From Candidatus Pacearchaeota archaeon (GTDB taxonomy: Archaea; Nanobdellota; Nanobdellia; Pacearchaeales; GW2011-AR1): a DNA stretch of 64,000 bases. The stretch lies in NCBI GenBank assembly GCA_018304105.1, contig JAGVWX010000007.1, forward strand, positions 27,973 through 91,972, written 5' to 3'. Positions within the stretch are counted from its first letter, which is position 1. Each line of letters opens with the position of its first letter. The notes under the pieces were generated by a model that saw only the letters and a program-made list of their open reading frames with translations, was not told where the DNA came from and did not search any database. A program made the translations under genes and the position numbers. This document shows, piece after piece, positions 18,755-28,819 of the stretch.

Positions 18755-19110
18755 TTGTTGAAAATCTTTTTTCGAGTTGGTTGCACCCACCCACCCGCCC
18801 AGATAGTTTCGATTTGTATTAATAAATCTCTCAAATCGAATCATTTGTCGCAATTCCACTATACAAGACACCTACGGTTTCTTCTATGAAATTTTCCCTT
18901 AGTATACTGCTCAGGGCTGGTGTGAAAAACCCTACTCGCAGCCACGCATCTTAATTGAATAAATTATTGGTAATGCGTAACATGCTCGCTCGCGACCACG
19001 TGCGAAATAATTTACTAAATACTCGTCACGTAGTGCGCTCGCCCTAATCATCCGAATCCACGCACTTCCAATCAATATAGTAAAACCTGCAACTTGGACT
19101 TTTTCAACAG
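18755..19110. mobile_element. MITE-like modular element (copy A4) with G4 motif
   Basis: tgttgaaaa..ttttcaaca ends; first ~98 bp match copy A5. Confidence 0.8.
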
Positions 19111-19139
19111 AGCATCATCTTTTAAGAAAATTATTCTAA

Positions 19140-19484
19140 TTAATCTTCAGATAATTTCATAATTGCTTCGGCGATGTCGCCTTTAGTTTCTTCGAGAGCG
19201 GAGCGGGCGTCTTCTTCGGAACTTGATGTTTTTTCTGCGACAAGTTTTATATCGTCTTCTGAGAAAGATTCCGCTGATTCTTCTTTTATGTCGCCGGTGA
19301 CTTGAAATGACTCCTGACCCTGCATCGTTATTTTTTGGATTGACGGATTTTCGATTACTATTTTTGAGCCGTCTGTCTTTTCAATAGTAACTCTTTCGGC
19401 ATCGATGTCTTCCTGGTTTATACCTAGCTGCTTCATCATGCCTTTCATTTTTGCGGGATTCATGCCGCCTAATCCTGGAAACAT
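19140..19484 (-). CDS. nac: Nascent polypeptide-associated complex protein
   Basis: MNPAKMKGMMKQLGI; C-terminal UBA-like GDIAEAI. Confidence 0.95.
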   Translation of the reverse strand: MFPGLGGMNPAKMKGMMKQLGINQEDIDAERVTIEKTDGSKIVIENPSIQKITMQGQESFQVTGDIKEESAESFSEDDIKLVAEKTSSSEEDARSALEETKGDIAEAIMKLSED

Positions 19485-19520
19485 AATTTGAATGAGAATG
19501 AGAGTTATTTATATTTTTGC

Positions 19521-19883
19521 CTAGACTGCAAAATATTTGATATCTACTCTGTCGAATCTGCATCTGCTTGGAAAGTAACCGCCCATTGAAATTGGATCTT
19601 CCTTAGGGTTTGTCAGATTATGGAATCTTTCTTCAGATAACCAGACGTCGTATCTTGTTCTTTCTTTTGGAGATGCGTTTCTTGGTTTTGCGGTAACATG
19701 AAATCCAGATTCTTCACCAAGCTGGTACCAAGAGTTTGGAACATTTCTTACGATGTGAACGACTAATCTTGGTTTCTGCCATTCGGGCATTACGTATTCT
19801 ATTCTCTTTTTTTTCTCGCCCTTTTCTTTGTCAGCAAGATATAATGTTATATCTAATCCGCCTTGGTAAGATGATGCACGCAT
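19521..19883 (-). CDS. Hypothetical protein
   Basis: ATG-started ORF in a co-oriented gene run. Confidence 0.65.
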   Translation of the reverse strand: MRASSYQGGLDITLYLADKEKGEKKKRIEYVMPEWQKPRLVVHIVRNVPNSWYQLGEESGFHVTAKPRNASPKERTRYDVWLSEERFHNLTNPKEDPISMGGYFPSRCRFDRVDIKYFAV

Positions 19884-19929
19884 GAAACTTCATAATTTGA
19901 ATGGTTAAAAGGATAATTGTGCTGGAAAG

Positions 19930-20100
19930 TTATTGCACTATCGGGAAAAAGAGTTTCATTCCCAGAACAATCAGAAGGATTGCCACTAAAAATACTATGA
20001 CCTGTCCGGGCGTGATTATGAATCTAGAGTTGAATTCTTCATCGTACCTCATGAGGCCGCCGAAGGCGCCTGGCATGTGGATTTTATTGTCTTTTGCCAT
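19930..20100 (-). CDS. secG: Preprotein translocase Sec61beta/SecG subunit
   Basis: MPGAFGGLMRYDEE...ITP + C-terminal TM. Confidence 0.9.
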   Translation of the reverse strand: MAKDNKIHMPGAFGGLMRYDEEFNSRFIITPGQVIVFLVAILLIVLGMKLFFPIVQ

Positions 20101-20134
20101 GATTAGGAGAATGAGGGGGGGTATAAAAAGTTTT

Positions 20135-20479
20135 TCATGCAACCTTTCTTTCTAATTCTGGTTCTGCTAGCTCTACGCCTATTTTATAGAAGTGGTCTCT
20201 TGTGTTGGTAACTTCAAGGAGCCTTTCAAATTTTTCCGGAGCACTTATGATAGAGATTCTGCTTGTTACGTTCTGCAAATTTCTCACAATCAAAACCATT
20301 TCCGCGATGAAGGTGCTGTCGAGATGAGTAACGCCTCCCAAGTCAAAAACAACACGATCGCCAGGTTTAATGTATGGAATGGTGTGGCCAGCGAGATCTA
20401 TTCGGCGTTTATATGTGAAATCTCCAGAAAGGGCAAAAATTTGTTTTCCAAGGATTTCACGATAATCCACATGAGACAT
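20135..20479 (-). CDS. STAS-domain (anti-sigma factor antagonist-like) protein
   Basis: LSGDF..VVFDLGGVTHLDST..LLEVT. Confidence 0.75.
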   Translation of the reverse strand: MSHVDYREILGKQIFALSGDFTYKRRIDLAGHTIPYIKPGDRVVFDLGGVTHLDSTFIAEMVLIVRNLQNVTSRISIISAPEKFERLLEVTNTRDHFYKIGVELAEPELERKVA

Positions 20480-20503
20480 TGGTAAAAGAGAATATCTTTG
20501 TTT

Positions 20504-21118
20504 TTAATCTTTTAGTTTTGCCAGAAATCTCTTCTTATCTCTTCCTGGAACGTCTTTGCCCCAGAGGACGAAAATTCTGTTGATTTTGCTCCAGTATTTT
20601 TTTGGCACTAGTTTTTGCAAGGTGAGTTCTGTTTCATGAGGTGTCTTAGTGCGAACAAGGCCGAGAATATTAGAAATTCTGTGAACGTGAGTGTCGACGG
20701 TGATTCCTGGTTTTTTGTGTATTTCTGTAAGAATTAAGTTTGCTGTTTTCCTTCCGACGCCCGGCAAGGTGACGAGGTCTTCAATCGTGTTTGGAACTTT
20801 GCCATTGAAATTTTTAATGAGCATTTGCGCGGTGGCTTTAGAATTTTTGGATTTGGTTTTGTAGTAGTTGATTTTTTTTGTTAGTGATTTGATTTTTGAT
20901 AATGGAGCTTTGCTCCAGGAGCTTAATGTGGGCAAAGAGCGAAATGCGTTTGTCATTACAGGAATTGTGGTTTCATCCCTGCTTTGGGCGGAGTAGATTG
21001 TCGTTATGAGAGTTTGCCAGTCGTGCTTCCAGCCTTCTCCAGCTAGGCGCTTCTTGGATTTGGAATATTTTTTTTGGGCGAGCTTGAAGATGTGAAGGAA
21101 TTTTTGTTTGGAATTCAT
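20504..21118 (-). CDS. nth: Endonuclease III family HhH-GPD glycosylase, no FeS motif
   Basis: SAQSRD, LPGVGRKTA, VDTHVHR. Confidence 0.92.
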   Translation of the reverse strand: MNSKQKFLHIFKLAQKKYSKSKKRLAGEGWKHDWQTLITTIYSAQSRDETTIPVMTNAFRSLPTLSSWSKAPLSKIKSLTKKINYYKTKSKNSKATAQMLIKNFNGKVPNTIEDLVTLPGVGRKTANLILTEIHKKPGITVDTHVHRISNILGLVRTKTPHETELTLQKLVPKKYWSKINRIFVLWGKDVPGRDKKRFLAKLKD

Positions 21119-21153
21119 CAGGTAAAAAGAAAAAAGAAGTTAATAAGGTTTGT

Positions 21154-21831
21154 CTAGCGCTTCGCTTTCACGAAGAGAAGAACCAAAAAAATTATCAAGA
21201 GCATTGAGAGAGCCAGGAGAAGACTTGGGGCGAGTTTGTTTTGTTGCGGCAAAGGATTTGTGTTCTTGGACGAGAGTTTAATTTCATTTTGCGGGAAGTT
21301 GTAATTTATTTCCTGGAAGTTTTCTTTGGACGGTTCTGTTGAAGATTGAGAAGTCCAGACAATATTATTGGATGAACCTCCTGAACTGCCAGAGCTTTTA
21401 GACGAGGAAGTTTTGTTTTCAATAGGTCGCTCGTTGGTTTCTCCGGAAATTGAGACCTTAAGCCAGACTGCGAACTGGACGATTGAATTGCCGACTTCGC
21501 CTTGGCGGAAGACTAATGTGCCACGGTAACTTCCTGGTTTTGAGCCGGACAAGCAGACTTCTATTTCTTTTTGGTTTGGGTTTATTTCGTTTGGATAACT
21601 TATGCTTATTCTGTGGGTTTGAGAAGAAGTTTGAAAATTTGAAATGGACCATTCCTGAGAAGAAAATTGTGCCCAGACGTCTTTGATTGTTGTTTGGGAT
21701 TCTACTTCAAAGTTTATTTTCTTGCATGAGATTTGATTTTTTTCCAGATTGAATTCTAGACTTGTTGGGGAAAATTGTAATGCTGAAGTTATGGGGATTA
21801 ATAATAGAATTAGAAAAATTAATTTTCTCAT
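21154..21831 (-). CDS. Exported protein with C-terminal TM anchor
   Basis: Signal peptide MRKLIF..., FSPTSL, C-terminal TM; ATGA overlap with the upstream gene. Confidence 0.75.
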   Translation of the reverse strand: MRKLIFLILLLIPITSALQFSPTSLEFNLEKNQISCKKINFEVESQTTIKDVWAQFSSQEWSISNFQTSSQTHRISISYPNEINPNQKEIEVCLSGSKPGSYRGTLVFRQGEVGNSIVQFAVWLKVSISGETNERPIENKTSSSKSSGSSGGSSNNIVWTSQSSTEPSKENFQEINYNFPQNEIKLSSKNTNPLPQQNKLAPSLLLALSMLLIIFLVLLFVKAKR

Positions 21832-22712
21832 TGCGGAGGCAGACCTGTTACGGTGTAAGTTATGATGCCTTGATTGTGCCCCGGTTGTGCGTCTTCGGGA
21901 ATGTCGAGCGTGGGGAATGCTATTTGAATTGGTGAAGTATAATTGATTATCCAAAAGCTTCCGGTTGCTGGTTGGCCGTCGATTTTTAATCCTTGGTTGA
22001 ATGGAAAACCAAAGACTTCTGTTATTTCGACCTGGGCATCGGCAGTTGAACCAGTTATGTTAAATATAATTGGACCGTTTGTGGCAGGATTGTTTTGTGA
22101 GCCGGGCTGAACAAAGCCGAATTCTAAATTCCTCGGCAAGACTTGGAATGCGACTGTTCCAGTTATGGTAACATTGAGGTCTTGCTGATTCTGGGGCGTG
22201 ACTCCGTTTTCTGCATTGTAAGTGCATTCTGTTTTTATGAAATCGTTCTTGTCAATTCCTGTATCTTGGCCGTTTGGAATTCTTGCTAAACATTCATCTG
22301 AGAAACTGTCAGCATTGCCGTCGGGAGCGTTATCTGTGATATTGCCATCATTCCAAGTTCCGTGTGCTACTGAATCAACCAAAACTCCTTCTGAATTGTA
22401 AAGCGTGATTTGTCCGTCATCTTTTTGGTCGCCTGTCGGATTTAAAATTGTAAAATATTTATTGGGCTGAATTATTCCCTCTAAATGTACAGTTACATTT
22501 GTACCATCTGTGAGGTTTAATGTCCAGCCCGAAAGATTGACAGGATTGCTATCTGGATTGTATAATTCAAACCATTCATCGCTGCCAGTTGTTTTGTTAT
22601 CACCGTTCCGGTCAGTTTGAGGGTCGGTTGTGAATTCGTTGATGACAATCGCTGAGGAGAAAGATGCTAGGAAGACTGTAAGAATTAGGAATGATATTAT
22701 CCTCTTTTTCAT
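21828..22712 (-). CDS. Secreted lamin-tail-domain protein
   Basis: IVINEF..DEWFELYN..VNLSGWTL; ARIPNGQDT. Confidence 0.88.
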   Translation of the reverse strand: MKKRIISFLILTVFLASFSSAIVINEFTTDPQTDRNGDNKTTGSDEWFELYNPDSNPVNLSGWTLNLTDGTNVTVHLEGIIQPNKYFTILNPTGDQKDDGQITLYNSEGVLVDSVAHGTWNDGNITDNAPDGNADSFSDECLARIPNGQDTGIDKNDFIKTECTYNAENGVTPQNQQDLNVTITGTVAFQVLPRNLEFGFVQPGSQNNPATNGPIIFNITGSTADAQVEITEVFGFPFNQGLKIDGQPATGSFWIINYTSPIQIAFPTLDIPEDAQPGHNQGIITYTVTGLPPQ

Positions 22713-22799
22713 TTTATTTTGAGTTAACTTATGTTTATAAACTTTGTTGAATTTTGGTGTTTGGAAAAGGTTTAAAAATAACCGGTGTTTATTGTTGCT

Positions 22800-23027
22800 A
22801 TGAATTTGCCGAGAGATTACAATCGAGCGGATGCTGTTGAGCAAGTGGCGGACAGGGTAAGGAAGGGTGAACTGATAGATGTTGGTAGAGTGGCTGCAGA
22901 TTATAAAGTGCCTCCGAGCGAGGCGAGAGCGTTATTCTACTGTGCAAAATCAGTGGCGGGTCAAAAGCCTCAAGAGTTTCTGAAAAGATATGTTCCTAAT
23001 AAAGATAGGGATAATGGAAACTGCTAA
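22800..23027 (+). CDS. Small hypothetical protein
   Basis: Short ATG ORF after TATA-like tttaaa. Confidence 0.45.
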   Translation: MNLPRDYNRADAVEQVADRVRKGELIDVGRVAADYKVPPSEARALFYCAKSVAGQKPQEFLKRYVPNKDRDNGNC

Positions 23028-23097
23028 TCGAGTTTAAATAATATTTTCTAACTCTTTTTTAATTTAGTGATGATAATACGAAAGCTAATGAGCCAAT

Positions 23098-23150
23098 ACT
23101 GATGAAGTCAACTTCTTTCAGTCGTTGAGGCAGCCGACCGACTTGCGAAT
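23098..23150. repeat. Hairpin module CTGAYGAAGTC-stem-GAGGCAGCC
   Basis: Near-identical copy at 59566; variants at 565 and 53773. Confidence 0.75.
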
Positions 23151-23246
23151 AGTCTTTTACTGGCGATTATTTAAGGATTCTGACTTTTTCAAAAAACTAA
23201 TCTAACACAAAAACCTTAAAACCACGCACTTCTTGAGTTTTCTATT

Positions 23247-25592
23247 ATGGGTAAGAATCAACTTGACATAAAAGCGATTGAAGAAAAGTGGAGAAGGTAT
23301 TGGGAGAGAGAAGAGATTTACAAGTTTAATCCGCACTCGAAAAAGAAAGTTTATTCTGTTGACACGCCGCCGCCGACGGTTTCGGGGGATATGCACATCG
23401 GGCATGCGTCATCTTATTCGCATGATGACTTTATTGTGAGGTATAAGAGAATGAATGGGTTTGAAGTTTTGTATCCTTTCGGAACGGACGATAACGGGCT
23501 GCCGACTGAAAGATTAATTGAAAGGCTAAAGAATGTTAAAAGCAAGAATATGTCGCGGGCGGAATTTATTGAACTTTGTTTGAAAACATTGAAAGAGATA
23601 ACACCGGCGTTTGTCCAGGACTGGAAGAATCTTGGAATTTCTTGTGATTACGACGTGCATTATTCAACAATTGATGAGCATTCAAGAAAAATGTCGCAGG
23701 CTTCGTTTATTGAATTGTATAAGAAAGGATTGGTTTACAGAGAAAAGTTTCCGACGATTTATTGTCCAGAATGCCAGACGCCGGTTGCGCAGGCAGAACT
23801 TGAAGACAAGAACAAGGATACTTTGTTTACTACCTTGAAATTTCTAACGGAGAACGGAACTAGTTTACCGATTGCTACAACAAGGCCTGAACTTTTGGGA
23901 GCGTGCGTTGCGATTTTTGTTAATCCAGACGATAAAAGATATAAAAATCAAATTGGAAGGAAGGCGACAGTTCCGTTGTTTGAGTATGATGTCCCGATAA
24001 TCGCTGACAAGTCGGCGGATATTGAGAAAGGCACAGGAGTCTTGATGGTTTGTTCTTATGGAGACAAGTACGATGTTGATGCAATCAAACGATACAAATT
24101 GGAACCGAGAGTTATTTTTTCGCTGGATGGAAAAGTCAAGGCAGGGAAATATGCTGGGCTGACGATTCTTGAGACAAGGAAGAAAACGCTTCAGGATTTG
24201 AAAGAGAGAAATTTAATTTTGGAGCAGAAGAGCATAACGCATGCCGTAAATGTTCATGACAAGTGCGGAACCGGAATTGAGTTTTTGCCGACGGAGCAAT
24301 GGTTCATTAAAATTCTTGACAAGAAGAAAGAATTGATTGAGCAGGGTAAGAAGATTAAATGGCATCCGGAATATATGTTCAAGAGATATGAAAATTGGAT
24401 TCACGGACTTGAATGGGACTGGAGCATTTCGAGAGAGAGGCATTTTGGAATTCCGATACCGGTTTGGATTTGCGAGAAATGCAACGAAATAATTTTGCCT
24501 GAGGAAAAAGAATTGCCTGTTGATCCGATGCAGAAAAATAAGAAATGTCCTAAGTGCAAAATTGATGCTAAACCAGAGACTAGGGTTTTGGACACTTGGG
24601 CGACTTCATCTCTGACGCCGCAAATTGTTTCTTCACTCGTTAAAGAAAAAGTTAAAGTTCCTTATTCATTGAGACCGCAGGCGCATGACATAATTAGGAC
24701 TTGGGCGTTTTATACAATTGTCAAGTCACTGTATCACGAAAAGAAAATTCCTTGGGAAGAAATTGCGATTTCGGGATTTGTTACGCTTGGAGGAGAGAAA
24801 ATGTCGAAGTCTAAGGGAAATGTTGTCAAGCCAAAAGAAGTGATTGAAAGTTTTGGGAGCGACGCATTGAGGTATTGGGCGGCTACGGCAAAACTCGGAG
24901 ATGACGTAGATTATCAGGAAAATGATTTGGTTGCCGGAAAGAAATTCGTTACTAAACTTTTGAATGCAAGCAGATTTGTTTTTATGAATTTGAAACATCA
25001 AAGCAAGAAGCCGAAGTTGCTTGAAGCAGACAGATTATTTTTAACGCAGGTTAACAAATTGGTAAAAGGCGCGAGTGAAGCTTTTGAAGATTATAATTAT
25101 GCTAAAGCCAAGCTTGACACGGAAAGATTTTTTTGGCAGGTTTTCGCGGATAATTATCTTGAGATTGTAAAGAACAGAGTTTATAACGGAAGCGACGAAG
25201 AAAAAGCGTCGGCGTTTTATGCACTTTATCAGGGCCTGTTGGCGATTGTGAAATTAATGGCTCCGATTACGCCTTACATAACTGAAGAAGTTTATCAGAA
25301 TCATTTTAAGAAATACGAAAAGGAAAAGTCTGTTCATATCTCGAGTTGGCCGGGGAAAATTGAAGTAGGTAAGGGAAAGAACGATGAGAAAATTTGGAAC
25401 GATTTTTTGAATCTGATTGCGAGGGTCAGGCAGGCAAAATCCGAGAATCAGAAGGCGATGAATTCTAAAATTGTTTTGACTTTGAACCAAAGAGAGCAGG
25501 ATGAATTGAAAGATGTTATGCAAGATTTTAAATCGGTGATGAATATTGCTGAGCTGAAGAGCGGAGAGTTTAAAGTGGATTTTGTGGAATAA
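23247..25592 (+). CDS. valS: Valyl-tRNA synthetase
   Basis: DTPPPTVSG, HIGH, DWSISRER, DTWATS, KMSKS. Confidence 0.97.
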   Translation: MGKNQLDIKAIEEKWRRYWEREEIYKFNPHSKKKVYSVDTPPPTVSGDMHIGHASSYSHDDFIVRYKRMNGFEVLYPFGTDDNGLPTERLIERLKNVKSKNMSRAEFIELCLKTLKEITPAFVQDWKNLGISCDYDVHYSTIDEHSRKMSQASFIELYKKGLVYREKFPTIYCPECQTPVAQAELEDKNKDTLFTTLKFLTENGTSLPIATTRPELLGACVAIFVNPDDKRYKNQIGRKATVPLFEYDVPIIADKSADIEKGTGVLMVCSYGDKYDVDAIKRYKLEPRVIFSLDGKVKAGKYAGLTILETRKKTLQDLKERNLILEQKSITHAVNVHDKCGTGIEFLPTEQWFIKILDKKKELIEQGKKIKWHPEYMFKRYENWIHGLEWDWSISRERHFGIPIPVWICEKCNEIILPEEKELPVDPMQKNKKCPKCKIDAKPETRVLDTWATSSLTPQIVSSLVKEKVKVPYSLRPQAHDIIRTWAFYTIVKSLYHEKKIPWEEIAISGFVTLGGEKMSKSKGNVVKPKEVIESFGSDALRYWAATAKLGDDVDYQENDLVAGKKFVTKLLNASRFVFMNLKHQSKKPKLLEADRLFLTQVNKLVKGASEAFEDYNYAKAKLDTERFFWQVFADNYLEIVKNRVYNGSDEEKASAFYALYQGLLAIVKLMAPITPYITEEVYQNHFKKYEKEKSVHISSWPGKIEVGKGKNDEKIWNDFLNLIARVRQAKSENQKAMNSKIVLTLNQREQDELKDVMQDFKSVMNIAELKSGEFKVDFVE

Positions 25593-25626
25593 GAAATTTT
25601 ATAAACTCTTCTTGTTTTTAATTAGT

Positions 25627-25866
25627 ATGAGGGGCGATGGTTTTCTATTTGGCGACGTTCATCCTAAAGGATTATTTGGACAGCAGGCGGTGCGGACCGG
25701 AGATTCTGTTTTTGACAATAGTGGTTATGTTGAGTCGGCAAGGGCGGATGCTGCTGGACAAAGGTATATTCCTTTTCAGGAACCTGAAGTTGACATAAAT
25801 GGAAATCGAATGTTATTTGCCGGAAGAGTTTTGCATGATGAGAACGGCCGAAGTTATGACGCGTGA
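25627..25866 (+). CDS. Small hypothetical protein
   Basis: ATG ORF after tttataaa. Confidence 0.45.
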   Translation: MRGDGFLFGDVHPKGLFGQQAVRTGDSVFDNSGYVESARADAAGQRYIPFQEPEVDINGNRMLFAGRVLHDENGRSYDA

Positions 25867-25914
25867 CGCTTAGATTTATTAACGTTAATTCTTAATATAA
25901 AATATCGATGTTGC

Positions 25915-26020
25915 GCGGCGCAATAGGACACCCCTATTCGTGGCTGGTGTCACAAATATTTGACTCGCCGTTGGAATTGCTGCGAGTCTTAATTTGTTGG
26001 CTCATTGCATTTGCCGTGTG
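25915..26020. repeat. REP-like hairpin modules
   Basis: gacacc..ggtgtc and gactcgc..gcgagtc stems. Confidence 0.7.
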
Positions 26021-26038
26021 ATGCGATAACAAACTAAA

Positions 26039-28438
26039 ATGACACATGTTATTGACCCGAAAGAAAAACAGAAGCTTGAAGATTTGATTGAACTACTTGG
26101 AAGTATAAAAGGAAGACACACGGAGCTTGTTACTGTTTTGATTCCTGCCGGGGCGAACATTAACTTGATTCAGAGACAGCTCGAAGGCGAGAAGTCGACG
26201 GCTTCGAACATTAAGTCTGCTTCGACGAGGAAGAATGTTATTTCTGCGCTCGATATGATAATTCGAGAGATGAAAGGAATAAGGCAAACGCCGCCTAATG
26301 GGCTTGCGCTTTTTTGCGGGAACATCTCAGAGAAAGAAGGCTTTCCAGACATTCAGTTGTGGAATTATGAACCGCCAAAGCCGTTGAATGTAAAGATTTA
26401 CAGATGTGATCAGGAATTTATTATTGAACCTTTGAAGGAAATGGTTGCGATTGATGAAGTTTATGGATTGATTGTTATTGACCGGCAGCAGGCGACGATT
26501 GGCTTGCTCGAGGGAAGTCAGATAAAAGTTTTGCAGAAGCTGACTTCGGGAGTTCCGGGGAAAGTTAGGGCTGGAGGACAGTGTTTGTCGCCAGATACTC
26601 TGATAATGAAAGAAGACGGAGGGATAGTGCCAATAAAAAATGTCCATAACCCTATGATTATTATCACGGAAAATTTTAATCAAGAAAAAACTGAAGAGGC
26701 TCCCATAATTGCTAAATGGGAAAATGAAAAAGAAGTTTATCAGATAACAACAGCCTATCCAAAATTAAATATTCGAGCGTCTAAAGACCACACTTTTTTT
26801 GTTAGAACTGAAAAGGGCGTTATAGAAAAAGTTCTTTCGGAAATTAAGGAAGGGGATTATCTGCTCATGCCTGAAAAAATAAATCTCAACCTAGAAGAGC
26901 AGAAGATAGATTTTAAGCCATTGATTAAACAAGAATTTAATATGAAACAAGTCAATATACCAGAAAAACTAACTGCCGGTGTTGCTAAAATATTCGGCTA
27001 TTACCTTGGCGATGGTAATTATGAATTAGATAGAATTTCTTTTTCAGAACAAAGAAAGGAAGTTGCAGAATATTATAAGAAATTGATTGAAGAGTGTTTC
27101 GAAACCGAAGTAAAAATAAAGTTTAGAGAAAATAAAGGTTACTACCAATTACGAGCAGGGAGCAGAATTTTATCCCAGTTCTTTAGGAATGTATTCGATG
27201 AAAAAGAAAAAACGTTAAATGCAAGCATACCCTTGATTGTTTTAAAATCTCCAGATGAAATTGTAGCTTCTTTTATTGGTGGTTTTTTCGATGCTGAGGG
27301 GTACGTTTCAAAAAACAGGGTCGCTTTTGGAATTAACAACCAATTACTCGCAAGGCAGGTGCAGTTTGTATTATTAAGACTGGGTATTATATCTTCAATT
27401 AATGAATATGATAATAGAAAAAATCCTTATTCAAAAAAAACACGATATACTCTCGCTATCGACGATTTGGAGTCTCTTAAAAAGTTCTACGCGCTAATAG
27501 GATTTGCTTCGGGTGAAAAACAAAAAAAGGTTGCCGGGCTTATTTCAATCAGAGGCAACCGCAATAAAGTAAGGCAAATTGTCGTCAATGGAAGAGAAAT
27601 TGCACAGATAATCCATAATTCTGGCATGAACACCCGACAGTTTAATTGCCCAGACTTCTTTGTCAATAAGAAACAAATGAGCAAAGAAGTATTTAAGAAA
27701 AATATTTTGGATAAAATTCAAGACTCTGAATTAAGACGAAGGCTAGAGTTGTTTTATTTATCCAATCTTATTGCGGTTAAAATATCCTCTATTAAGTCGT
27801 GTGGTTTCCAAAAGACAGTCGATATCGAAACAAAAAACCATAACTTTATTGCAAACGGAATTTTGGTGCACAATTCAAGCCAGAGATTTCATCGTATTAC
27901 TGAAGGATTGGCGAAAGAATTTTTCAGGCGGGTTGCTGAAGATATGAAAAAGATTTTTTTTGACATGCCTAAGCTGAAAGGGATTTTGGTTGGAGGACCG
28001 ATTCCGACGAAAGAAGATTTTCTTGATGAGGGACAGTTGGTTACGAAGCTGAAGGAGAAGATTATTGCGATAAAGGACCTTGGGTATGTTGATGAGCATG
28101 GGTTGGAACTTTTAGTTGAAGCTTCGCAGGAAGAAATGCAAGAACAAGAATTGGTAAAGGAGAAAAAAATTCTTGAACGATTTTTTGAGACTCTTGGGAA
28201 AGATAGGAAAAAGGCGGCTTACAAAGAGCCGGAAGTTCGGCTTGCTTTGGAACGAGGAGCAGTTGATGTCTTGTTAATTTCTAAAAAGTTTGACAGAGAT
28301 AAACAGAAAGAATTTGAGCAGATGGCGGAGAATATTGGGTCGAGTATTGTATTGATTGGGGCAGACCATACCGATGGGGAGCAGTTTTGGAATTTGACTG
28401 AAGGGGTTGGGGCAATTTTAAGATTTAGTTTGGATTAG
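26039..28438 (+). CDS. prf1: Peptide chain release factor aRF1, intein-containing
   Basis: GRHTELVT, TASNIKS, YRCD, GGQ|...|SSQRF, GVGAILRF. Confidence 0.96.
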   Translation: MTHVIDPKEKQKLEDLIELLGSIKGRHTELVTVLIPAGANINLIQRQLEGEKSTASNIKSASTRKNVISALDMIIREMKGIRQTPPNGLALFCGNISEKEGFPDIQLWNYEPPKPLNVKIYRCDQEFIIEPLKEMVAIDEVYGLIVIDRQQATIGLLEGSQIKVLQKLTSGVPGKVRAGGQCLSPDTLIMKEDGGIVPIKNVHNPMIIITENFNQEKTEEAPIIAKWENEKEVYQITTAYPKLNIRASKDHTFFVRTEKGVIEKVLSEIKEGDYLLMPEKINLNLEEQKIDFKPLIKQEFNMKQVNIPEKLTAGVAKIFGYYLGDGNYELDRISFSEQRKEVAEYYKKLIEECFETEVKIKFRENKGYYQLRAGSRILSQFFRNVFDEKEKTLNASIPLIVLKSPDEIVASFIGGFFDAEGYVSKNRVAFGINNQLLARQVQFVLLRLGIISSINEYDNRKNPYSKKTRYTLAIDDLESLKKFYALIGFASGEKQKKVAGLISIRGNRNKVRQIVVNGREIAQIIHNSGMNTRQFNCPDFFVNKKQMSKEVFKKNILDKIQDSELRRRLELFYLSNLIAVKISSIKSCGFQKTVDIETKNHNFIANGILVHNSSQRFHRITEGLAKEFFRRVAEDMKKIFFDMPKLKGILVGGPIPTKEDFLDEGQLVTKLKEKIIAIKDLGYVDEHGLELLVEASQEEMQEQELVKEKKILERFFETLGKDRKKAAYKEPEVRLALERGAVDVLLISKKFDRDKQKEFEQMAENIGSSIVLIGADHTDGEQFWNLTEGVGAILRFSLD
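26582..27874 (+). mobile_element. 431-aa intein with LAGLIDADG homing endonuclease
   Basis: Starts CLSPDT, block B SKDHTFF, YYLGDG and GFFDAEG motifs, ends HNFIANGILVHN followed by Ser. Confidence 0.95.
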
Positions 28439-28468
28439 TTTTGGTTTATTTATTATTTGTTTTTTGAT

Positions 28469-28724
28469 TTGTTGAAAATCTTTTTTCGAGTTGGTTGCAC
28501 CCACCCACCCGCCCAGATAGTTTCGATTTGTATTAATAAATCTCTCAAATCGAATCATTTGTCGCATTAGGATTCCCACAAACTTTTCGCTTACAGCGAA
28601 AATCCCAACTCGCAGCCACGCTCGAAATCAATCAGGACATTACTCTCGCGTAACATGCTCGCCCTATCCACTATGCCACTTTACCCCAATAAATTAGTAA
28701 ACCAATATTTTGATTTTTTCAATA
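28469..28724. mobile_element. MITE-like modular element (copy A5) with G4 motif
   Basis: ttgttgaaaa..ttttcaataa ends; shares ~98 bp with A4 and the ctcgcagccacgctcgaaa module with A2. Confidence 0.8.
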
Positions 28725-28819
28725 AATTTTTTCTTATTTTTCTGAATTTTTGATTCTTCTCTTTCTTTTGATAATCTTTATCATACATATTAAGTAAACT
28801 TCTGTGTAAAACAGATAGA

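Noticed and set aside
23078-23150. Hammerhead ribozyme (CUGAUGA core)
   Set aside because: No GAAA after the following stem; the upstream cgaaa cannot form stems I and III with a valid cleavage triplet
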